A stretch of 64,000 nt of DNA, taken from the NCBI GenBank assembly GCA_964016885.1, contig OZ024762.1, positions 17,980,001-18,044,000 on the forward strand. The letters run 5' to 3'. The position numbers and the translations under genes were made by a program. Below, one piece after another: positions 53,824-64,000 of the stretch; the first letter of the stretch is position 1; each line of letters opens with the position of its first letter. Source of the stretch: Eledone cirrhosa (lineage: Eukaryota). The notes under the pieces were generated by a model, which saw only the letters and a list, made by a program, of their open reading frames with translations, was not told the DNA's origin and ran no database searches.

Positions 53824-54425
53824 TCATCATCATCATCATCGTTTTACGTCCATTTCTGCACACTAGCATGGGTTAGATGGGTTGTCCTGCTGTGGGCAAT
53901 GTTAGGTCGGGTGACCTTGTCCTGCTCATACAGGAACTGATTTTGGCTTGGTTTCTACAGCTGGATGCCCTTCCTAACGCCAGCCTCATTTACAGTGTGG
54001 GCTGGGTGCTTTTTACCATGTCACCATCATGACCACTTTACAGTGTTTGAACCTGTCCTCATGAGAGATGTATGGAAGGGTGGAATGGGGTGGCTCATAC
54101 ACTATATATGCTTCAGCTTCAGCCTGCGCCCGTGGGAAATCGGTCCTTCTCTATTACTGCGCAAAGCCAGAGATCTCAGTACTGTGTCATCCCCTTTGAG
54201 AGGCGCAATTGGGCAAGGTCAGCTTTTATCACCTCATCCCAGGTCTTCCTGGGTCTCCCCACGCCAAGGCTTCCACCAACTTTAAACACTGCACTTTTTC
54301 ATACAGCTGCTATTCTTCATATGCATCACATGTCCATACCAACATAATCTCCTCTCTTGCACACAGCATCTGATTCCTCTTATGCCTAGTTTTTCTCTCA
54401 GTTCATTTATGCTTTGCCGTTCATG
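53824..54425 (-). mobile_element. Decayed RTE 3' fragment whose 3' UTR carries the SINE core block (copy 34655-35068 +)
   Basis: Minus ELREKLGIRGIRCCVQERRLCWYGHV..GRPRKTWDEV, then ttaggaagggcatccagctgtagaaa and a (GAT)n tail. Confidence 0.75.
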
Positions 54426-54963
54426 TGTATGTATATGTGTATGTGTGCATGTATAGGTACATATGCTTAAATATGTGTGTGAGTGTGTGTATATGTATTT
54501 GTGTCTATGTGTATATATGTATAGGTATATATGAATAAATATGTCTGTGAGTATGTGTATATATGTATAGGTATATATGAATAAATATGTCTGTGAGTAT
54601 GTGTATATATGTATAGGTATATATGAATAAATATGTCTGTGAGTATGTGTATATATGTATAGGTATATATGAATAAATATGTCTGTGAGTGTGTGTATAT
54701 ATTCATATATATTTATATATATATGTATGTATGTGTTTGTATGTATGTATGTGTGTATGTATGTGTATATACATGGGGGACTGGTGTTATTGCACTGTTT
54801 TTAAAAGAGCAATCAAATGTACCCTGGGAATATATGTATTCCCAATTCACATATAAACATATAAACATGCTTGCTGTGAAGTGTTTATATATGTATAGGT
54901 GTACACAAACACAAACATACTTACATATGTATAAATGTATGTGTTTGTATGTGTGTATAAGCA

Positions 54964-55001
<38 letters not shown>

Positions 55002-55013
55002 CATATACATATG

Positions 55014-55073
<60 letters not shown>

Positions 55074-55289
55074 TATATATATATACGTATAGATATACAT
55101 ATATTACATAGATATGCATATATTACATATATATTTATATGTAAATATATATTCTATATACTTATTAATATATATCTTTACAAACACAAATATGTGTGTG
55201 TATATCATCATCATCATCATCATCGTTTAACGTCCATATTCCGTGGTTGCATGGGTTTGGACAGGCATATATATATATATATATATATA

Positions 55290-56295
55290 TCATCATCATC
55301 ATTTTATGTCTGCTTTTCCCTGCTTGCAAGGGTGGGATGGGTCCTTTTCAGCACAGCATCTTTCCATTCGTAACGGTCCTTCGTCATCTCCTCCATGAGA
55401 TTCAGTGATCTGAGGTCAGCTCTCACCACCTCCACCCATGTTTTTCATGGTCTACCTCTACTGCGTCTTCCTTCTACTGGGATTCTTGGCACTTCTTTAC
55501 CCAGCGGTCATCCTCCATGCGCATCACATGTCCATACCAACACAGTCTTCTCTCCCGCACACCACAACTTATACACAGTTTCACTCTTAATTCACCTATG
55601 CTTGGTCGTTCACGCACATTCACATTGCACATCTGACAGAGCATACTTGCTTCCTTTCTCTTGCATATACTCTGCAGTTGCTGCCCATGTCTCACTACCA
55701 TGTAGCATCATGCATCTCACACAGGCATCATATAACTGGCCTTTCGTTCGTAGGGAAAAACCCTTCGTTGTCAACAGAGGAAGTAGCTCCCTAAGCTTCT
55801 TCCATCCTGTCCTTATTCTGGATACTATGGTCTTGGAGCATCCTCTTCCCTTGCTAATCTGATTATCTAGATATCAGAAGCTATCAACCACTTCTATAGA
55901 TCCTACCTGCATTTGTAAAATGTGCCTATTACTGCCACTTCTACTATCAAATTTCCTTGAATATCCACTGCATATGAAGTTTTCCCTTCCTGCTAGTTTG
56001 CCTGCTATCGCACTACACCTTTAGTGTACCCAAGATCTGCATTGTGTACATTCTATAGAATTTATGCCAACTCCTTTTCTACATATCGAACATGGCCATT
56101 TCCCTAATGGAATCAGAATCTTGTCCTCTTTCCTATTTATCAACACTCTAGTCTTAGCTTGGTTCACTCTCAGTCCTCTTGATTCCAACTGTTGTTTCCA
56201 TAGCCAGAATTTATTCTGTAGCTCCTCTACTGATTCTGTTATAAGTACCAGATCGTCAGTATAGAGAAGTTCCCATGGGCAGCCAGTCTTAAACG
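55290..56295 (-). mobile_element. Decayed RTE (BovB-like) LINE ORF2 3' half
   Basis: GCPWELLYTDDL, KWPCSICRKGVG, ERRLCWYGHVMRMEDD remnants; tail shared with the abundant SINE. Confidence 0.88.
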
Positions 56296-58247
56296 GTAAT
56301 GATATATATATATATATATATCATTACTGCTAGTCTCTAGTACAACCACTGTACTGGGTGTGTTTATCATATAGATCACCAACATTAGGGAGACTAGCAG
56401 AAATATATATATATATATATGATATATATATATATGATATATATATATATATATCATATATATATATATCTTTACCGTTGAAGAGGCTATTTTATATAAA
56501 GACACAAACAGAACTAGGCAAACATTAAATTATCTTAATGATCACTCAATATATACACATATATATCATCATTATGATTTAATTTGCATTTGCCTTGCTA
56601 TAAAGAATTATATTGGTCTTCACAGACCAAATTAATATTTAGTGTGGATTATTGATCTCTCAGATGGAAAGGAAGCTTGCATCTCATTTTAAAATGGTTC
56701 TGTACTCTACCCAGTGCATTTTATCTGGAGGCTAGCACCAAGCAACCATTTTAGAGAATTTACTGGGCACATTTATCATGTAAATCACCAACACTAGACA
56801 TGTTGTCACATCTATGACATAACTGAAGCATCCTCAAAAAACTTACCACAGCTGGATACCTTTTCTATCACCAACCACTGTACTGGGTGTGTTTATCATT
56901 TATATCACCAACATTAGAGAGACTAGCAGAAAAACCACCCTTCTGTTGGTTTTCTGCTAGCATGTGTAGTGTGCATATTGATATTATATGCAAATCATCA
57001 TCATCAACGTTTAACGTCCGTGTTCCACGCTTGCATGGGTTTGGACGGGGGTTTTCCCACTTGAGGCAGGAGTGATTGTCTTGCTCGCATAGGACTGTCT
57101 GGCGGGTTTTCTACAGCTGGATGCCCTTCCTAACACCAACCACATTTACAGTGTGGGGCTGGGAGGTTTTTACCGTGTTGTCTACACGGCCACATTACAG
57201 CGTGGACTGATGCATTTAGATATGATACATCAAATAAAATCGTAATTGTCAATATGGACAGAAATTGGAGAGAGAATGTGTTACACTCTCTTCTATAATC
57301 AGTAAAGTAATCCATGATACATTTAAATAAGACGATATTATATATAAACTGCATTAGGAGAAAATTAGTGATGGAAATATAAACCTTATATAACGATGCA
57401 AATATATGAACATTTATATAAGCGATGTAATAAGTGTTATAATATAATGGACGCTAACCGGAAGTGTTGACATTTGAAAATTTCAAAGAAGTGAATCTTG
57501 AAATAAGCAATAAAATTATTTATATTTAATCAAAAGTTACGAAATTTAGTACTTAAATAATGTAATATTCATTCATTATTTATTCAAAATAATCCAACTT
57601 ATTTTACAAACGGGATAAAAAAATATATTGAGGACACAGTCCCGCACTCCTCCCTTTATTATATTATGATTGTCCAGTACCAGTAATGCACTGGGTGATT
57701 ACTGGCCTTGTGCCTAAAGTAGAAACAATTATATTATGATTGTCATGTCTATAACTGAAGAATCTTACAACCCTTTGTTTGGCAAGCTTACTATAGCTGG
57801 ATGCCTTTTCTATACTGGGGGTGCTTATCATGTAGATTACCAACACTAGAGAAATTGTCATACTGTTGGCACAACTGAAGAGTCCTCTTCACCATTTTTG
57901 GCATGGGTTTTACATTGGAGTGTCCTTCTTATCACTAACCACCTTACAGGAAGTACTGGATGCATTTTTTTGTGGCACCAGAGATGAAGAGAGTGGATAC
58001 TAAGAATTATAAAGTGGGGTTGTAGTGAATACTAAGAATAGATAAGGAGTGATAGTAAAGGGGACATGACACCCCCAGCTGCTGTTGAAGTGACTAACTA
58101 TGTGACACATTGTGTCACACTGAATCTCCCTGAGAACAACATAATGGATGCACGTGTCTGTGGAAGGCTCTGTTATATACATGTTAATTTCCTAAGCCGA
58201 CTGTTCCATTGATTGAATCAACTTAAGTGATCATCATCGTTTCTAAT

Positions 58248-58565
58248 GGTGGTCACGCTGGTCACATGACAAAAAGCACTGAGTCAACCCTGTAAGGTGG
58301 TCATGCTAATGACATGACAAAAAGCACTGAGTCAACCCTGTAAGGTGGTCACGCTGGTCACATGACAAAAGGCACCGAGTCAACCCTATAAGGTGGTCAC
58401 ACTGGTCACATGACAAAAGGCACCGAGTCAACCCTATAAGGTGGTCACACTGGTCACATGACAAAAGGCACCAAGTCAACCCTATAAGGTGGTCACACTG
58501 GTCACATGACAAAAAGCACCGAGTCAACCCTGTAAGGTGGTCATGATGGTCACATGACAAAAAGC
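58248..58565. repeat. 48-bp minisatellite x~6-7
   Basis: gtcacatgacaaaaggcaccgagtcaaccctataaggtggtcacactg; 16-aa periodicity in ORF 58306..58626. Confidence 0.93.
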
Positions 58566-58846
58566 CATTTAACACATGAAAGCATGGAAAATGGATGTTA
58601 AACGATGATGACAAATACCCTAACAATTAGGTCACGCACATATATATATACACATATATATATACACACACATATATATATATATACACACATATATATA
58701 TATATACACACATATATATACACATATATATATATATATATACATATATATATACACACATATATATACACATATATATTTATACATGTGAGACTGTTCA
58801 TATCTGTGGAAGTTCATAAGTAGGATGTCCATAAGGTGGGAACTTA

Positions 58847-58894
<48 letters not shown>

Positions 58895-59587
58895 TCATCA
58901 TCATCATCATCATTATCATTTTACGTCCGCTTTTCCCTGCTTGCAAGGGTGGGACGGGAACTGATTCTAGCTTGATTTCTACAGCTGGATGCCCTTCCTA
59001 ACACCAACCTCATTTACAGTGAGTGGTGGGTGCTTTTTTTCTGTGGCGCCTACACCACCACTTTACAGTGAGTGCTGGGTGCTTTTTTGCCGTGGCACTT
59101 CCACGACCACTTTGCAGTGGAATGATATGGACCCCAGTCCCTATCATCTCATTTCTACAGCTGAGTAAACTGGAGCAATGTGAAATAAAGTGTCTTGCTC
59201 AAGGAAACAACACATAACCCGGTCTGAGAATTGAACTCACAACCTTTCGATTGCAAGGCCAATGCTCTAACCGCTAATCCATGTGCCTCCACATCTTTGA
59301 CGGAGTGGTGGTAGTGCATTATAAGCCTTCGCCCCCTCACCAGATATTCATTAGTAGCTTCAGTTGCCAACACTTTGAGGGCGACTGGCCGAGAAGCTAG
59401 TTGGTCAGTCGTCCTCTCTGTCTCTGTCTCATGGTTTTTTACATATTCCTTTGTTATATTCCAATACCTGATGATATCACCGGATTCATATGGAACCCGG
59501 TCATTGAAATGATCATAGTATAATAAACCTTTCAAAGATTTACACCAGTCAAGCCTCCTGTTATTTTATTTCATTTATATATATATA

Positions 59588-59962
59588 TATTTGAATTTTG
59601 TATTTCTAAAGAAATACAGTAAGTTTATAAATAAACATTTAGAAAACCGTAGCTAAATTCTAGACTATATTAAGTTGAGCCAACTTATACAGCTTCATAT
59701 GCAAATGAGATTAATCACCTCATTTACACAAATGAAAAAAACTATATATTTTCGCCTGATTTCGAAGTCCAGCAGTTGCAAGAGTGGGAGGGTTTGTCCT
59801 GTCGAGAACCAGTTGCATTCAAAATGCATCAACGAGTATCCCCCTTGCTTCTGCTGGGCACCGCTGTCGTGTTAGCTGCCAGTGCTTTTGCATAGCTACG
59901 GATTGCTAAATACTTATTTATAAACATTCCGTATTACTTTAGAAATACGAAATTCAAATACA
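59588..59962. mobile_element. Diverged fold-back (~65-bp arms) enclosing possible Penelope linker remnant
   Basis: tttgaattttgtatttctaaag..tttataaataa..ccgtagcta mirrors tagctacgg..ttatttataaa..ctttagaaatacgaaattcaaa; inner SSCKSGRVCPVENQ. Confidence 0.55.
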
Positions 59963-60271
59963 TATTTGTATACAGCTATGTTCGAAGCTAAATTCTATTC
60001 TCATCATCATCATCGTTTTACGTCCATGTTCCACGCTTGCATGGGTTTGGACGGGAGTTTTCCCACTTGAGGCAAGAGTGGTTGTCTTGCGGGTTTTCTA
60101 CAGCTGGATGCCCTTCCTAACACCAACCACATTTACAGTGTGTAACTGGGAGGTTTTTACCGTGTTACCTACACGGCCACATTACAGTGTGGACTGTGTG
60201 TTTTTTTGTCGTGACACCTACACGAGCTCATTTGTTTCGGGCTGGATGTTGTGGTACCAACATAACTTTAC

Positions 60272-60350
<79 letters not shown>

Positions 60351-60482
60351 AGACTGGAGGCAGTAAAAACCAGTTAGACCATTACTCACCAGAGTACTCA
60401 ATACGTGGGGTGGTAGGGTTCGGATCTAGCTGTTGAATCGGCCGGAGCTCAGCTGTCGGGGTCCTGAATTTTTTCATGTATG

Positions 60483-60549
<67 letters not shown>

Positions 60550-61227
60550 TTATATACATATATATATGGTGGCTGCCAACTCGTTTTCGAGTACGGCCAC
60601 TACTTTATATCTATGTAGGAGAACCCCTACCGATGCGCTGAACGAGTGTGAATTTTTAGTCCAGCCAGCGACTTGAAAACTCTGGTACAAACACTACACT
60701 TGTGACAATTATTGACACATAGTGCTGGGCCCATGGTACCATGTGATGACAAGTGCAGAGAGATCTCCAGATATAAAGCAATGCCTGTGCCGTGAAGCTT
60801 TTATAGTGAGCAAAGGCACTGCACAAAGCCAGTCCCACTCTCTTAACCAAGATGATATTTACCAAAAAGAAGAACAAGTCAACATCATTGGATACCATCA
60901 GGGTTGCAGGTGTTATATCAGAGTTTTCCTTCTCCTAGAATTCTGCCTTGACAAAGGCTAAGGGGTCATCTCTCCCAGTGATTTTGGATGGCCATTGACT
61001 CTTAAGAGATCCTTTGCCCTTTGACAGGTTTTGTTTTTAGTCCTGCAGGATGTCCAAAGTCACCCTCCTCACCAAGAAACCTTGGTGGGGTTGCCAGTTT
61101 AGTCGCCAACGACCCGACCATGAGACAGGTTGTACTGGGATACATGTTACCAGTAGCACCAACTGGTAACCTGGCATATATATATATATATATACATACA
61201 TATATATATATATACATTTATATATAC

Positions 61228-61275
<48 letters not shown>

Positions 61276-61509
61276 GTATATATATATATATATCGTGAAG
61301 ACATGTGGCTGAGTGGTTAGAAAATTCAATTTGCAATCGTGCAGTTGTGAGTTCGATTCCCGAATGGTGATGTTTTATGTCCTTGAGCAAGACACTTTAT
61401 TTCATGTTGCTCCTTCTGCCTGGAGTTGCGACCGACAGATAGTATTAGCAATTGGAAAGACCAATGGAAACATTGTTTCCTCGGTCCAATTTGATGAAAG
61501 TTGATCAAA

Positions 61510-61580
<71 letters not shown>

Positions 61581-62143
61581 CGTAAAATAAGAAAATATTT
61601 TTTTTTAAATTTTTAAAAAATTTTTTACTTACTTACTTAAATTTTTTACTTACTTACTTAAATTATATATATATATATAATATAAGATCAAAAGATGGTT
61701 ACTTACTTAAATTTTTTACTTACTTACTTAAATTATATATATATATATAATATAAGATCAAAAGATGGTTAAAAGAGTTCCAAGTATTTTATTATGCGCA
61801 TTTCAAAAACAAATATCATCATGGGATGATATCTGCGTTCTTATCAGATAAAATAGGGAGATATGATATGAAGCTTAAAAAACACTTGTGAATAGTGAAG
61901 TTTTAAATCAACATATAAAATACAATAATATAATACAATCAATACAATAAAACTCACCTCCTATATATATATATATATTGTTATACTTTGGGAGGGTCAT
62001 GTTGCCAATAAGAAAGACATGCACCAGTTGCTTTCACTTCAATTTATTATAGTAAATTTATAATAAATTTATAAATTTATAAATTTCTGGTTGGTTGGTT
62101 GGTTCCACAACCAGATAGTTGTTTATATATATATTCAGAAACG

Positions 62144-62204
<61 letters not shown>

Positions 62205-62323
62205 GTTTTCGCATATTGATAATAACATTCGATTCGTTTGCTACTATGCAAACAAGCCTTATTATTACAGCCATGTCAGTAGAATGAACCCTTCATTCTT
62301 GCTCTTGTGTTGGCATGTAAACA

Positions 62324-62373
62324 GAACTGCAGACACTAATGTTTCTGGGTATCACCCTTCATCAGTACAGCTC
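62324..62373 (-). ncRNA. Type I hammerhead ribozyme motif
   Basis: Reverse complement: gagctgta-CTGATGA-a ggg tgata ccc a-GAAA-ca ttag tg-TC-tgcagttc. Confidence 0.82.
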
Positions 62374-63011
62374 ACTGTTCACCTGCCAACTGTCAGAGCT
62401 AGTGAAAATATATGCTATTTTCTAAAATATACAGTGACTGATCAGCCTGATTTTTTTTTATTTGAATGTGGCAAAGCCAGCCATTTATCGCTCGTATGCA
62501 GGAAACTGACTGGCCAGTCTGCTGATATGTATATCTGGCTGATCAGTGGATCTGCTAATATGCAGATCTGACTGATCAGCCCGTCTACTAACATGCAAAT
62601 TAGAGTGTTGTAGTTTGCTTGAAGCATTGTTGAATAGGAAATTTAGACGCCACAGAAAAAAGCACCCAGCACTCACTGTAAATGAGGTTGGTGTTAGGAA
62701 GCTGTAGGAATCAAGCCAGAATCAGTTCCTGTACGAGCAAGGCATGGTCAGCCGACCGGACACTGCCCACAACAGGACAACCCATCTAACCCATGCTAGC
62801 GTGGAAGAACGGACGTAAAACAGTGATGATGATGCTGATGATGATATACATATCTTCTGAAGATCCCGTTAAAGATGAAAGCAGCAACTCTTTGCTTAAA
62901 CTTTAATCTGTTATTTTGATAAATATTTGCTCTACGGTTTTTATATATTTTTATATATATATCATCCTTATCGAGCCCTCTTCAGATTTTAGTCTTCATA
63001 TTTATTATTAT

Positions 63012-63047
<36 letters not shown>

Positions 63048-64000
63048 CGCTGTAATGTGGCCGTGTAGGCAACATGGTAAAAACCTCCCAGCCCCACACT
63101 GTAAATGTGGTTGGTGTTAGGAAGGGCATCCAGCTGTAGAAAACCCGCCAGACAGTCCTATGCGAGCAAGACAACCACTCTTGCCTCAAGTGGGAAAACC
63201 CCCGTCCAAACCCATGCAAGCGTGGAACAGGGACGTTAAACGATGATGATGATGATGATGATGATATATACATCCACTTTCTCATGAACAATTACAATAC
63301 AAGTACTGCCAAGTGCAGTCACCTCATTATGATGTTGGCTGAATGTAATATCTTGTGATATGTTTAGAAACCTTAATTACTAAATGTGCACACCCATATT
63401 TACACACACGCATGCATGTAATATATCTGAAGATATACATACAGATATCTATTTACAACGACATACGTACATGCATGCACACACACATACACGCACACAT
63501 ATATATATATATATTAGTAAAAATGAAAAGAAAATGCTGACAAATTTTTCCCAGTGAAAAATAGTTTAATTAGGAATAAGTATAAATTAGTAATAAGTAT
63601 TAGTTAGTATTTAGTTTTAGTTTTAAGTTTTTACCGGTTGCGTATTTCTTATGCTTTTCAAAAATAATTTTGAGATAGAGCGCTCGTGATTTTTGCTCTA
63701 ATCTGATCAGTTTTGGAAATTCTTCCTGTTTTATGTGAAAAAAGTGGCTTGGGAGGTATTAAGATTTGGTTGGTTGTTGAATGTCACGTGAATAAGCACT
63801 ATAAATCTCGCGCCAATTCGTGTTGCAAAAATTCTTGTAGTCAAAACAATTTTGATTGGTTGGTAGAAGTCACATGAATGTTTAAATTGATTTTAGCGTG
63901 AACTGGTTTCACGCCAAATGTAGGTTTGTCAAAGAGTGTCCTTTTCTGCTTGATTAAGTTGCAGTCATGTTGAGAGGTCAACAGTTCAGGTGTCTATTAA

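Noticed and set aside
59155-59535. 126-aa host exon
   Set aside because: Composite of the antisense hammerhead cassette and a SINE head; no recognisable domain.
62851-62905. Hammerhead ctgaaga...gaaagca...tgctt
   Set aside because: Stem III is plausible but stem I is essentially absent; left uncalled.

Overview
A 64-kb, AT-rich eukaryotic window made almost entirely of repeats. The SINE/LINE repertoire and (TA)n/(CAT)n density are most consistent with an octopod cephalopod intron or intergenic region (taxon is inference). No intact host protein-coding gene is supported: most predicted ORFs are microsatellite read-throughs (poly-YI/HT) or decayed retroelement pieces (RTE, RTE-X-like, CR1/L2-like, Tx1/L1-like, Penelope GIY-YIG). 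The strongest hidden signal is a dense population of type I hammerhead ribozyme motifs (about 25 intact or degenerate cores read by eye, from roughly 10 unrelated sequence families). They sit in short cassettes embedded in (TA)n tracts, and many cassettes are head-to-head fold-backs with one long and one short arm whose ends are family-specific. This fits truncated Penelope-like element pLTR insertions targeted to TA microsatellites. Also visible: two candidate SINE-LINE partnerships with shared 3' tails, RTE 3' UTRs carrying a SINE core block, a TTAA-flanked piggyBac-type MITE with an internal tandem expansion, and several minisatellites born from retroelement sequence. All coordinates were read by eye and may be off by a few bases.
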